Of a stretch of 64,000 bases of DNA, positions 30,779 through 44,756 are shown piece after piece. The notes under the pieces were generated by a model. That model was not told the origin of the DNA, searched no databases, and saw only the letters and a list, made by a program, of their open reading frames with translations. Origin of the DNA: an uncultured Candidatus Entotheonella sp. (GTDB lineage: Bacteria; Tectomicrobia; Entotheonellia; Entotheonellales; Entotheonellaceae); NCBI GenBank assembly GCA_965217185.1, contig OZ244252.1:2528001-2592000 (forward strand), written 5' to 3'. The position numbers were made by a program, and so were the translations under genes. Every line of letters starts with the position of its first letter. The first letter of the stretch is position 1.

Positions 30779-31127
30779 CTCCCATATGGGAGGTATTTCG
30801 GTTTTTCATTTTCGTGTATAGTGCGCCTCCGACGTGTGGGCAATCGGCGCCCCTGGTCACGGCAACGACGTGATCAGAGATTCTGCCGGCGAGGAAGACC
30901 GCATCCATCTCACAAACGGAGGAGCACAGCGTGCCCGACAGGATCAGCTCGACAGGTAGTGTGACGGTAGGAACTTCGGCGACGGGCGAGATCGAAACCG
31001 CCAACGGCTTTGCACGTGAAGAGGAGCGGGCCATGCAGGCACGGCGCCTCAGCGGCGTGCTCGGCAGGCCCGGCGCCGCCCCCGTCAAAAAGGGCTTGAC
31101 ATTCCCGGAATGCGGTTTTCATCTTGA

Positions 31128-31296
31128 GAGCCGAGCCGAGCCGAGCCGAGCCGAGCCGAGCCGAGCCGAGCCGAGCCGAGCCGAGCCGAGCCGAGCCGAG
31201 CCGAGCCGAGCCGAGCCGAGCCGAGCCGAGCCGAGCCGAGCCGAGCCGAGCCGAGCCGAGCCGAGCCGAGCCGAGCCGAGCCGAGCCGAGCCGAGC
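31128..31296 (+). repeat. (GAGCC)n simple sequence repeat, about 34 units
   Basis: Perfect pentanucleotide tandem array. Confidence 0.98.
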
Positions 31297-31418
31297 GCCT
31301 GCCATCTCGGCCTGACCGCCTGCCGTCCCGGCGGGGCGGCCGTCCTTCTCCATCAACGGCATCCGCCGCCGGCCGGCCGGCGGGTCTCCCGCGCCTCGCC
31401 GGCGCGCGGCGCGGGCTG

Positions 31419-34400
31419 GTGCGCTCGGCCCGGGTGCTGGCCGCTGTAGCGTGGCTCTCCCTCCTCGGCGCACTCGCCCTGCCGGCACCGGCGCAGGCCC
31501 AGACGACCGGCATCTGCGACCGCACGCAGCAGGTGCAGAACGACATCCTGGGGCAGCTCTCCGCCGTCAGCGACTGCGCGGCGGTGACCGTCGCGGACCT
31601 GGCGACGGTGCCGGCGCTGTCGTATCTGGAGGACGCGGGCATCACGTCGCTGAAGGCGGGCGACTTCGCCGGCCTGACGGCGGTGACGCAAATTTTACTG
31701 GGTTACAACGATCTCGGCGCGCTTCCGGCGAACCTGTTCTCCGGGCTCACCAGTCTGCAGGAGCTCTCGCTGGAAAGCAGCGGGGTGACCTCGCTACCCG
31801 CGGACGCGTTCTCCGGGCTGACGGCGCTGACGTCACTCAGCATGGGCGCCAACCGTTCGCTGGGCGGGCTTCCGGCGAATCAGTTCTCCGGGCTCACGAA
31901 GCTGCATACGCTCCGGCTGAGCATCATCGGCATGACCGAGCTTCCCGCGGGGCTGTTCTCCGGGCTGTCGGAGCTCACGGAGATCGATCTCAACAACAAC
32001 GGGTTTCCGTCGCTTCCCGTGGGGGTGTTCTCCGGGCTCACGAAGCTGCATACGCTCCGGCTGAGCAACATCGGCATGACCGAGCTTCCCGCGGGGATAT
32101 TCTCCGGACTCTCGAAGCTGGAGGTGCTCTGGCTGGCCGACAACCAGCTGACCTCACTTCCCGACGAGCTGTTCCTCGGCCTGACGGCGCTGACAACACT
32201 CGAGCTGGACGGCAACTCCACCGACCCACTGCCGCTCACGGTGACGGTGGAGAAGGTGGGGACCGACGGGGTGCGGGCGAAGGTGCTCGCGGGGGCGCCG
32301 TTCGCGGTGGACATTCCGGTGACGCTGGTGGGCGGGACGCTCGCCGGCGGCGCGGCCAAGCTGGGCGTTAAGGCGGGCTCGGTGGAGGGCTTCACGGTCC
32401 CCGTGACCCGCACGGCCGGGACGGCGGCGGCGGTGACCGTGGATGTCGACCTGAACACCCAGCCGACGCTGCCCACGGATCACCAGGGCTACGCGTTCGC
32501 CCGCGCCTCGTCGGGCTTGCCGGCGACCATCCTGCCGATCACGCCGCCCACGGTTGAGTCGGTGGCGGTGAAGTCCGCGCCGCAATCGGGCGACACGTAC
32601 GGGTGGGGCGAGACGATCGTGTTCACTCTGACCTTCAGCCAGAAGGTGAGGGTCACGGGCCAGCCGCAGCCGACGCTGGCCTTCAACCTCGGCGGGAGCA
32701 CCCGGCAGGCCCGGTACGCGGGCATGACGGACACCGACGTGGACAGCGACCCGCGGCCCAGGCCCCGGCCGGAGGGCGTGAAGGTGCACTTCGCCTACAC
32801 GGTGCAGCCGCGCGACCGGGACAGCAACGGCATCCAGGTGGGAGCGTTGGCGAGCGCAATAGACCTCGGCGGCGCTCGGATCCAGAGCGCTGCGGACCGC
32901 GTCGACGCGGACGGCCACAAGGTGGACGGCGTCGACGCGGACCTCGCCCATGCCGCGCTTGGCCGGCTGCGCGACCACAAGGTGGACGGCGGAACGGCGC
33001 AGCCGCCGGCCGGGTCCGGGATCACGATCGTCGATACCCATGGCAATCCGCTGGCGAACAACCGGCTGACGCTTCGCGAGAGCACCCGGGGGCGCTACGG
33101 GCTCAAGCTCAACACCCGGCCGACGCACACGGTGTGGGTGACGGCGATCGCGTCCGACGGCGACCCGGATCTGCAGGTGTTGCCGACGGCCAATGGCGGA
33201 AAGGCGATCACGCCGGACGAGTGGGAGACGCCGTTCTACCTGGAACTCAGGGCGGCGATCGACGACGACGAGGAAACCGGTGAGCGGGTCTTCCTGAACC
33301 GCTCGTTCAGTAGCGATCCGGCCTATCACGACCTCGTTCTTCCCGATGTCGTCGTGGTCGAGGACGAGCGCGCCGACGACGCGGGGGCGCTGTCGGTGGC
33401 GGACGCGGAGGCGACCGAGGGTGTGGACGACACGCTCGACTTCGTGGTGAGGCTCGACCGGAGGCCGGCCCGGGATTGGGAGGTGACGGTCGACTACCGG
33501 ACCCAGGACGGGACGGCGACGGCGGGGTCCGACTACACGTCGACGAGCGGCACGCTGACCTTCGCACCGGGCGATAACGAGAAGACGGTGTCGGTGTCGA
33601 TCGTGGACGACGCGGTGGAGGACAGCGGGGAGACGTTCACGCTGGTGCTGAGCAATGCCTCCGGCGCGGGCTTCGCGAGCAACGGCCAGGGGGCGGTGGG
33701 CACGATCCGGAACACCGAGACGCCGGCGCGACCGGCGCTGACGGCGGCGTTCGAGGGGGTGCCGGCGTCGCATGACGGCGAGAGCGCGTTCCGCGTCCGG
33801 GTGGCGTTCAGCGATGGGATCAGTATCAGCGACACGAGGATGCGCGACGCGTCGTTCCAGGTGACGGGCGGTGAGGTCACGGCCGCGCGCCGGGTCGACG
33901 GCCGCCGCGACCTGTGGGAGATCACCATCGAGCCGGACTCGGACGAGACGGTCGCCGTCCGGCTGCCGAAGACGATCGACTGCGGCGCGAGCGGGGCGAT
34001 CTGCACCGGCGATGGCCGGCCGCTGTCGCATTCGCTGTCGGCGACGGTTTCCGGACCGGCGGGCGAGCCGGAGAGCAACACGGCGGCGACAGGGATGCCG
34101 GCGATCGGCGGGACGCCGCGGGTCGGGGAGGAGCTGACCGCCTCGACGTCGGGCATCTCCGACGCCGACGGGCTGGACAACGCGCGCTTCGGCTACCAGT
34201 GGATCCGCGCGGGCGTCGACATTGGCGGGGCGACCGCCTCGACCTACACGCCGGTGGCGGCGGACGAGGGCGAGAGGCTGAAGGTCCGGGTCGGCTTCAC
34301 CGACGACGCCGGCCACGAGGAGAGTCTCACCAGCGCGGCGACCGATGCCGTCGCTGGCCCTGCATCGACGGCCGAACCGCTGACGGCGCGGTTTGCGCAG

Positions 34401-34766
34401 GCGCCGGCGGAGCATGACGGGAAGACGGCGTTCGAGCTCAGGATCGGGTTCAGCGAGGGCATCTCGATCAGCTTCCGGACGTTCCGCGACCAGTCGTTGT
34501 CCGTGTCCGGCGGGAGCGTGAAGCACGCGAAGCGGGTAGACCGGCGCAAGGACTTGTGGAAGGTGACGGTCAAGCCGGGTTCGCTTGGCGACGTGACGGT
34601 GACGCTCGCGGGCGGGCGCGCCTGCGGCACCGCCGGGGCGGTGTGCACCGGCGACGGGCGGGCCGCTGTCGGCGACGGTCTCGACGACGGTGCTGGGTCC
34701 GGCGACCGCGCGGCGCCTCACCGGTACCGCAGACGACGACACGCTGAGCGGGCAAGCGGGCGATGA
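31419..34766 (+). CDS. large surface protein: LRR, Ig-like and Calx-beta domains; true start may be 31033, RTX tail frameshifted
   Basis: LPAGLFSGLxxL LRRs; VDYRTQDGTATAGSDY..SGTLTFAPG Calx-beta; duplicated HDG..AF module. Confidence 0.85.
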   Translation: MRSARVLAAVAWLSLLGALALPAPAQAQTTGICDRTQQVQNDILGQLSAVSDCAAVTVADLATVPALSYLEDAGITSLKAGDFAGLTAVTQILLGYNDLGALPANLFSGLTSLQELSLESSGVTSLPADAFSGLTALTSLSMGANRSLGGLPANQFSGLTKLHTLRLSIIGMTELPAGLFSGLSELTEIDLNNNGFPSLPVGVFSGLTKLHTLRLSNIGMTELPAGIFSGLSKLEVLWLADNQLTSLPDELFLGLTALTTLELDGNSTDPLPLTVTVEKVGTDGVRAKVLAGAPFAVDIPVTLVGGTLAGGAAKLGVKAGSVEGFTVPVTRTAGTAAAVTVDVDLNTQPTLPTDHQGYAFARASSGLPATILPITPPTVESVAVKSAPQSGDTYGWGETIVFTLTFSQKVRVTGQPQPTLAFNLGGSTRQARYAGMTDTDVDSDPRPRPRPEGVKVHFAYTVQPRDRDSNGIQVGALASAIDLGGARIQSAADRVDADGHKVDGVDADLAHAALGRLRDHKVDGGTAQPPAGSGITIVDTHGNPLANNRLTLRESTRGRYGLKLNTRPTHTVWVTAIASDGDPDLQVLPTANGGKAITPDEWETPFYLELRAAIDDDEETGERVFLNRSFSSDPAYHDLVLPDVVVVEDERADDAGALSVADAEATEGVDDTLDFVVRLDRRPARDWEVTVDYRTQDGTATAGSDYTSTSGTLTFAPGDNEKTVSVSIVDDAVEDSGETFTLVLSNASGAGFASNGQGAVGTIRNTETPARPALTAAFEGVPASHDGESAFRVRVAFSDGISISDTRMRDASFQVTGGEVTAARRVDGRRDLWEITIEPDSDETVAVRLPKTIDCGASGAICTGDGRPLSHSLSATVSGPAGEPESNTAATGMPAIGGTPRVGEELTASTSGISDADGLDNARFGYQWIRAGVDIGGATASTYTPVAADEGERLKVRVGFTDDAGHEESLTSAATDAVAGPASTAEPLTARFAQAPAEHDGKTAFELRIGFSEGISISFRTFRDQSLSVSGGSVKHAKRVDRRKDLWKVTVKPGSLGDVTVTLAGGRACGTAGAVCTGDGRAAVGDGLDDGAGSGDRAAPHRYRRRRHAERASGR

Positions 34767-35319
34767 CGTGCTGCTCGGCAACGGCGGCGACGATACCCTG
34801 TCCGGCAAGGGCGGCGACGACACCCTGTACGGCGGCGATGACGACGACACGCTCTACGGCGGCGGCGGCCACGACGTGCTCTACGGCGACGACGACGACA
34901 GCGGCGCGGCGTCGGGTGACGACGATCTGTACGGCGGCAGCGGCGACGACACCCTGTACGGCGACGGCGGCAACGACGTGCTGCAAGGCGGCGCGGACGA
35001 TGACACGCTCTACGGCGGCAGCGGCCACGACGTGCTCTACGGCGACGGCGGCGCGGACAGCCTGGCGGGCGGTACGGGCGCCGATACGTTCGTGTTCACC
35101 GCCGGTGACGGCGCCGACACGATCACCGACTTCTTCCCCGAGGAGGGCGACCGCATCGACCTGAGCGCCTTCGCGGGCCTTGAGGGTTTCGCGTCGCTGA
35201 AGCTGACGGCGGACGGCAGCGCCACGATCCTGGACTTGCGCGCCCACGGCGGCGGCACGGTGCGGCTGGAGGGCATCGCGGTGGCGGACCTGTTGGCGGC
35301 GGACTTCCTGTGGCCGTAG
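34690..35319 (+). pseudogene. RTX hemolysin-type Ca-binding C-terminus, out of frame with the upstream ORF
   Basis: GGxGDDTL nonapeptides, GADTFVF, DTITDF..GDRIDLS; one extra base near 34660-34664. Confidence 0.8.
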
Positions 35320-35436
35320 GGCGTTGCTCCGGTGCCGGCGCACGGCCTGCCCCCGTTCAAGCCGGGGGCAGGCCGTGCGCCGGAATGACGATTTGGGCGT
35401 TGGACGGTGCGGCACAGGTGCTCTGCGCGTCGCAAC

Positions 35437-35468
35437 GTCGGGTTACGCCTGCGGCTAACCCGACCTAC
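35437..35468. repeat. GTAG-type REP palindrome (also 40597-40626 and 52171-52202)
   Basis: GTCGG(A/G)TTACGC...(T)AA(T/C)CCGACCTAC, three copies at gene ends. Confidence 0.75.
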
Positions 35469-35737
35469 ATCTTGTCAACCCATCTTGAGGCGTCTGTTCC
35501 AACAGTTGCCGCCCAGAACGCCATCGTCCGCAGGCATAGGTCCCGCCTGCACGTCAAGCCCGGCATCCATCGGCAGCCAGTGGATTCCCGCCCCCGATCG
35601 GAGTCGAGGGCAAGCTCCGCGCGGCAATGACCCTTTGGGGCACGTCGCCACGCCAATTCCTCAGGGCCGCGTCATATCAGTTAACGAATTAAACTTAGCA
35701 TACTTACAGGGTCCAGTTCGTCAACTTTTCTGACGTA

Positions 35738-36069
35738 GGTTCCCCCGTACACGCGGGGATAGACCGAAGGAAGAGGGAAGAAGGAAGAATTCTACCGGTT
35801 CCCCCGCACACGCGGGGATAGAGGTCGGCAATCCCCTCGATCTTCTTGGCCCGCACCAGGTTCCCCCGCACACGCGGGGATAGAGGTTGGTGACGAAATT
35901 GAAGACGGCGTGAAGCACCGGTTCCCCCGCACACGCGGGGATAGACCTTGCGGCGCACCCAGCGGGATTCACCCGATATAGGTTCCCCCGCACACGCGGG
36001 GATAGACCCGTCGCGTGCGTACTCGTGACGTCCGCCGGCAAGGTTCCCCCGCACACGCGGGGATAGACC
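35738..36069 (+). CRISPR. type I-E-like CRISPR array, 6 repeats and 5 spacers, no adjacent cas genes
   Basis: Repeat GGTTCCCCCGCACACGCGGGGATAGACC at 35738, 35797, 35859, 35920, 35981 and 36042; spacers 31-34 nt; AT-rich leader-like DNA upstream. Confidence 0.95.
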
Positions 36070-36152
36070 TCACGATGAGGCCGTGGCGTGTTTGATGGTT
36101 CTCGACGTTCTGGCAGCAGTAAATATCGAAGACGTCAGGAGGTTCGAGACTG

Positions 36153-36950
36153 ATGAAGGATAAAGCCAAAGACCTGCTGGAGTGGGTAATCAGGCCGACG
36201 CTGGGTAGTGGCTCAGTTTCAAATTTCCTCCTCGCTCCAGCCCCCTCTCCCTAGCCCTCCCCCGCGGTGGGGAGGGGACTCCCGAACTGGGAACTCCCCC
36301 TCTCCCCTGGTGGGAGAGGGTTGGGGTGAGGGGGAAACCGGCCGCGCCAGACGACGCAACGTGGCAACCCGTTTGGTGCGCGTGAGCCAGTCTTTTCAAA
36401 CTGAGCCACTACCCGACGTCTTTTCAAACTGAGCCACTACCCGACGCTGCATGCCCTTGACATGCATAGCGAACGTGCTGAGACGTTGGTGCTGGCGACG
36501 GCCCTTGCCGAATCTGGCGGGACTGAAACTCGCCAAAAGGGAGGCGGTCCGGCTCGCGGCTTGTGGCAGATGGAACCAACTACGCATGATGACCTCTACA
36601 AAACGTACCTTTTCCCAACCCTTTTCAAACGCCGCCCGGAACTGCCCAGGAAACTGAGGAAGGCCAGCTTGTATGTCTATGGCGGGTCGTTTCCTCCACC
36701 CTCCGACCTGCTGTTCCACAATCCGCGGTACGCCTGTGCCATGGCGCGAATCAAGTACTGGCGCGTGCCCACTGCGTTGCCGGACACGTTGGAAGGAATG
36801 GCCGCATACTGGAAAGAGCATTACAACACGCGCTGCGGCAAGGGCACGGTCAAACACTTCCTTGAGGCGTGGGAAAACAGATCGGGTAGCGGCGGGAATT
36901 CATCAAGGGCATCAAGGCGGGCAGCCGCCCACTGTTCACGACTCGCCTAA
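36153..36950 (+). pseudogene. phage-type lysozyme-like protein interrupted by a MITE
   Basis: AGGAGG RBS; MKDKAKDLLEWVIRPTL | HALDMHSERAETLVLATALAES..GPARGLWQMEP..YWKEHYNT..GKG. Confidence 0.7.
36204..36441. mobile_element. MITE with IS256-like ends, 8-bp TSD CGACGCTG and a duplicated right end
   Basis: TIR GGTAGTGGCTCAGTTT; TSD at 36196-36203 and 36442-36449. Confidence 0.85.
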
Positions 36951-37150
36951 GTCATCTGCAGCAACGCCACAGCCATACCCACAAATGCCAACACAAGGGG
37001 GCTGGCAATCGCGATCAGCAGGCTGATGCGCCTGTTCATCTCGTCAAAACGCTGATTCACGCTTTCCTTCATGTCGTCGAAGCGCTGGCCCACGTGATCA
37101 AACCATTCGTCCATCCGCTTCACGAACTCGCCAAACTGTCCAGCTCCCAC
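36947..37150 (-). CDS. small coiled-coil protein with C-terminal TM
   Basis: QRFDDM..VNQRFDEM repeats followed by a hydrophobic tail. Confidence 0.6.
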   Translation of the reverse strand: MGAGQFGEFVKRMDEWFDHVGQRFDDMKESVNQRFDEMNRRISLLIAIASPLVLAFVGMAVALLQMT

Positions 37151-37158
37151 AAACTGCT

Positions 37159-38022
37159 CTAACGCAAGTACGAATCCTGCCAGCCGGTATAGGCACCCTG
37201 CCGGAGCGCCGTCGCCAGCACGTCGCCCGCGGCAACCGGGGTTTTGAGGTCGGCAGGGGTGCCGCCGGCCTTGAGATGCTTGAGCACGTCGTACACGGCT
37301 TGCGCAGCGGCGTAGAAGGGCGCGTGGCCTTGCAGGGCGATGCGCACGCGGTGGGCGTTCAGGAAAGGCAGGTCGGACCAGAGCGCGGCCGGGCTGCCGC
37401 CCAGCATCAGCGGCAGGGTCGTGGCGGCATGAATAGCCTCGATTTCGGCGCGTTCGCGGGCGCCGACGATGAAAAAGGCGTCAACGCCGGTGTCCTGACA
37501 GGCTTGCAATCGGCGGACGGTTTCGTCAATACCGCCGTGACGCAGGGCGCTGGTGCGGCCGATGACGACCAGCGACGGGTCTTGACGCGCCGCCACCGCA
37601 GCCCGCAGTTTGCCAAGCATCTCGGGGATGCTGATCAGCCCTTCGCCCCCACCGCCAAACGCGGTCGGTAGCAAGGTGTCCTCGATGGTCAGGGCTGCCA
37701 CCCCGGCCGTTTCCAGTTCCTCGACCGTGCGCATGACGTTCAGGGCGTTGCCGTAGCCGTGGTCGGCGTCGACCATCAGGCTGAGGGAACCGGCACGGGT
37801 GATGCGGCGGATTTGCTCGGCGAATTCGGTCAGGGTGAGCACAACGAGGTCCGGCGCACCCAGCACCGTGGCTGAGGCGACGGAGCCCGCCAGCATGCCC
37901 ACCTCGTAGCCGAGCGATTCGGCCATGCGGGCCGACATGGGATCGAAGACCGAAGCCGGGTAGACGCAGGCGTCCCCCGCGAGTACCCGCCGATAACGTT
38001 GGCGGCGTTCGGACAGCAACAT
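37159..38022 (-). CDS. isocitrate lyase/PEP mutase family, probable oxaloacetate decarboxylase
   Basis: ASVFDPMSAR, LGAPDL, VDADHGYGNALNV, TIEDT. Confidence 0.88.
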   Translation of the reverse strand: MLLSERRQRYRRVLAGDACVYPASVFDPMSARMAESLGYEVGMLAGSVASATVLGAPDLVVLTLTEFAEQIRRITRAGSLSLMVDADHGYGNALNVMRTVEELETAGVAALTIEDTLLPTAFGGGGEGLISIPEMLGKLRAAVAARQDPSLVVIGRTSALRHGGIDETVRRLQACQDTGVDAFFIVGARERAEIEAIHAATTLPLMLGGSPAALWSDLPFLNAHRVRIALQGHAPFYAAAQAVYDVLKHLKAGGTPADLKTPVAAGDVLATALRQGAYTGWQDSYLR

Positions 38023-38043
38023 GGGTGGTTTCCTTCCCGGCCG

Positions 38044-38307
38044 CTAGCTTTGGGCCTGCTCCAGAACCTGTTTGGCCTGCTCTTCCGTCAGGCGGCTCAT
38101 CTTGGTAGTCAATCGCTCCAACTCTTCCGGCTCGACCTCGGCGTCCAGCCAGGCGTCCAGCACCGACTTGCGGATGCGCCAGCGTCCGTCGGTCTGCTCG
38201 CCGGCAATCTCTCCCGATTCGAGCATTTCGTAAATCGCCTCAAGTTTCAGCCCGGCATAGTCGGCGGCCTGCCAGGGGGCCAGGAAGGCTTCCCGTGATA
38301 CGCGCAT
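38044..38307 (-). CDS. excisionase-type HTH DNA-binding protein
   Basis: AADY..L....IY.ML..GEI.G....GRWRI....LDAWL. Confidence 0.75.
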   Translation of the reverse strand: MRVSREAFLAPWQAADYAGLKLEAIYEMLESGEIAGEQTDGRWRIRKSVLDAWLDAEVEPEELERLTTKMSRLTEEQAKQVLEQAQS

Positions 38308-38389
38308 TGCGGCAATTCCTTATGAGGTTGTAGGCATGTTCCGGCACCGTAACGGAGGCGCTACGGCGCGGCGGGATTGTAGCACAGCG

Positions 38390-39778
38390 TCACGCCTCGT
38401 TCGGGCCGGGCGGTGCCGTGTGGCTGAGGGTGGCCAGGCATTCGACGTGGTAGGTCTGCGGAAACATGTCCAGCGGCTGCACGTTTTCGGTGCGGTAGCC
38501 GAGGTCGGCCAGCAGGCGCAGGTCGCGGGCGAGCGTCGGGGGGCTGCACGAGACGTAGACGAGCCGCGCAACGCGCATCTTGGCGAGGGCTTCGAGGGCT
38601 TGGGGGCGGCAGCCGGCGCGCGGGGGATCGAGCACGGCGACTTGGGGGCGGATGCCCTGGGCCAGGTAACGGTACAGAATGCGCTCCACCTTTCCGGTGC
38701 GAAATTCGCAGTTGGCGATGCCAAGCGTAGCCGCCTGCCGGGCGGCGAGAAGCGTCGCTTGGCGGTTGAGCTCGACGGCGTGAACGACGGCGCAGTGCGG
38801 CGCCAGGGTCAACGCGATGGAGCCGCCGCCGCTGTAGAGGTCCAGAACGATGTCATCAGGGCGCAGCCGGGCGGCGGCGCGCACCAATTCGTACAGCCGT
38901 TCGGTCTGCGCGCTGTTGACCTGGAAAAAGGCTTCCGGCTCGATGTCAAACCGCAGGTCGCCGATGCGTTCGTGGATGACAGCGCTGCCGGCAAGGTGGG
39001 TTGTGATGCCGTCGAACACGGCCGGCGTCGTTGTCGCCTTGCGGTGCATCAGCAGGCCGCTAGCCAGGCCGCGCAGGCTTTCCCAGAGTTGGCGCTGCAC
39101 GGGCGCCGGCAGTTCCTCCCGCACGATGACCGTGACCAATGCCTCGCCGGTGCGCTGCCCCACCTGAACCTGTACCTGGTGCAGTACCCGCCGCAGTGCC
39201 GGCTCCTGCTCGGCCAAGCCGCGCACGCGCGCCATTACCGCGTCAATGCGCGCGTCGCCGATGCGGCACTGCGGCACGTCGAGCACCGCGGATTGGCCGC
39301 GCTCGATCAGCCCGAGGGCGTTGCGGTTCGCGTCGTAGTGGTAAAGCGCCTTGTTGCGGTACCCAAACGGCTGCGGACTCGCCAGCATCGGCAAAACGGG
39401 CACTTCGGGCAGCTTGCCGATGCGCGTCAGGCAATCGCGCACCTGCTGGGTCTTGTTGGCCAACTGATCGTCGTACCCGAGGTGCTGCAGGTGGCAGCCG
39501 CCGCAGCGCTCGTACAGCGGGCACGGCGCCGGCACCCTTAGCGGCGAGGACTTGCGCAACGTCAGCAATTCCGCAAAGGCATGGCGCTTCCTCCGGTCCG
39601 TGAGACGAACGTCCACCACGTCCCCCGGCAGAGTGCGCGGCACGAACACGGCAAGCCCATCGAGGTGCCCGACCCCTTGTCCGCCGTGCGCCAGGCGGGT
39701 AATCTCCAGGGTGCTCTCGATCGGCTCGAACGGCGGCACGCCGGGTTGAGGGCGCGATTGTCGGCGGCGTCGCGGCAT
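38390..39778 (-). CDS. rlmD: 23S rRNA m5U1939 methyltransferase
   Basis: TRAM domain, CGGC, FFQVN, LDPPRAG, YVSC, DMFPQTYHVE. Confidence 0.93.
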   Translation of the reverse strand: MPRRRRQSRPQPGVPPFEPIESTLEITRLAHGGQGVGHLDGLAVFVPRTLPGDVVDVRLTDRRKRHAFAELLTLRKSSPLRVPAPCPLYERCGGCHLQHLGYDDQLANKTQQVRDCLTRIGKLPEVPVLPMLASPQPFGYRNKALYHYDANRNALGLIERGQSAVLDVPQCRIGDARIDAVMARVRGLAEQEPALRRVLHQVQVQVGQRTGEALVTVIVREELPAPVQRQLWESLRGLASGLLMHRKATTTPAVFDGITTHLAGSAVIHERIGDLRFDIEPEAFFQVNSAQTERLYELVRAAARLRPDDIVLDLYSGGGSIALTLAPHCAVVHAVELNRQATLLAARQAATLGIANCEFRTGKVERILYRYLAQGIRPQVAVLDPPRAGCRPQALEALAKMRVARLVYVSCSPPTLARDLRLLADLGYRTENVQPLDMFPQTYHVECLATLSHTAPPGPNEA

Positions 39779-39905
39779 GGGTCGCGCCTCAGATGGGGTT
39801 CATACGTTCGCCCCCTCCTCGCGGCATTTGAGCCCCCTCTCCCCTGGCGGGAGAGGGTTGGGGTGAGGGGCAAATCCACGGCGATTAAAGGAGGAATGAT
39901 CGGCA

Positions 39906-40583
39906 ATGTGGCCAGCGGTTCTCACCGTGTCGGCGTTTGCCATGGCCATGGCGCACGTCGAAACCATGATCGTCGTCTACCTGCGGCGGCTGTACTATCC
40001 CGACGGCTTCCGTTTTCCGCTGGGCATCATCGACACACCGACCCTGCTGCTGGAACTCGAACGCGAAGCCGCCACCCTCGTCATGCTGGCCGCCTACGGC
40101 CTCGCCGCCGGGCGAACCAGGGCGGGCAAACTGGCCAACTTCATCATCGCATTCGGCGTCTGGGACATCTTCTACTACGTATGGCTCAAGGTGGTGCTCG
40201 GCTGGCCGGCGTCGCTGCTCACCTGGGACGTGCTGTTTTTGATCCCGGTGCCGTGGGTCGGGCCGGTCATCGCCCCGGTCAGCGTCGCCTGCACGATGAT
40301 CGGCATGGGACTGGTGCTGCTGCATCTGGAGCAACGCGGCGCCGTGCCGGCGGCGGCGATGCGCATATGGGCAGCCCAGATGGCCGCGTGTCTCATCATC
40401 ATCGCCTCGTTCACCCTCGACGTGCTGCCGCGGCTGCCGGACCATGGCGCCCTGCTCAGCGAGTGGATGCCCACGACCTATCGCTGGTGGATGCTGGCGC
40501 TCGGACAAGCGCTGGCTATCACGACGTTCGCCGCGTGGGCGTGGCGGGCGTACGGAGCCGCAGGCCGAGCCAGCAATACGTAG
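39906..40583 (+). CDS. hypothetical membrane protein
   Basis: Several TM helices; REAAT, WDIFYY, WDVLFLIPVPW. Confidence 0.75.
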   Translation: MWPAVLTVSAFAMAMAHVETMIVVYLRRLYYPDGFRFPLGIIDTPTLLLELEREAATLVMLAAYGLAAGRTRAGKLANFIIAFGVWDIFYYVWLKVVLGWPASLLTWDVLFLIPVPWVGPVIAPVSVACTMIGMGLVLLHLEQRGAVPAAAMRIWAAQMAACLIIIASFTLDVLPRLPDHGALLSEWMPTTYRWWMLALGQALAITTFAAWAWRAYGAAGRASNT

Positions 40584-40622
40584 TCCGTAGTGGAACGTCG
40601 GATTACGCTTCGCTGATCCGAC

Positions 40623-42467
<1,845 letters not shown>

Positions 42468-42627
42468 GGGGCGTCTCCGGGAATAGTGATTAGTGGCTAG
42501 TGATCAGTGGCCAGTCAATCCTTAAGACCAGCGGCTGGTGCTTGGTGAAACCCAGAACCTGGGAGCGCGGACATCCTGCCCGCTTGGGAGTCTCCCCTGC
42601 TTTTCACTAACCACTAGTCACTGAGCA

Positions 42628-44634
<2,007 letters not shown>

Positions 44635-44674
44635 GGGCGTGTCCGGGGATTCGGGGGTGTCACTGCTTTCTATT

Positions 44675-44725
44675 CCCCCTCACCCCAACCCTCTCCCCTG
44701 GCGGGAGAGGGTTGGGGTGAGGGGG
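44675..44725. repeat. CCCCTCACCCCAACCCTCTCCC-type palindromic repeat (also 39833-39870, 53086-53122, 55102-55182 and inside MITEs)
   Basis: Near-perfect hairpin with multiple intergenic copies. Confidence 0.8.
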
Positions 44726-44756
44726 ACCGAGACAACACCGGGCTCGAAATCGGAAC

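Noticed and set aside
35766..36041. Self-targeting spacers
   Set aside because: No match seen by eye within the window; a proper search is needed.
36097..36125. Possible seventh CRISPR repeat (GGTTCTCG)
   Set aside because: Only about 5 bases match and the spacing is off.
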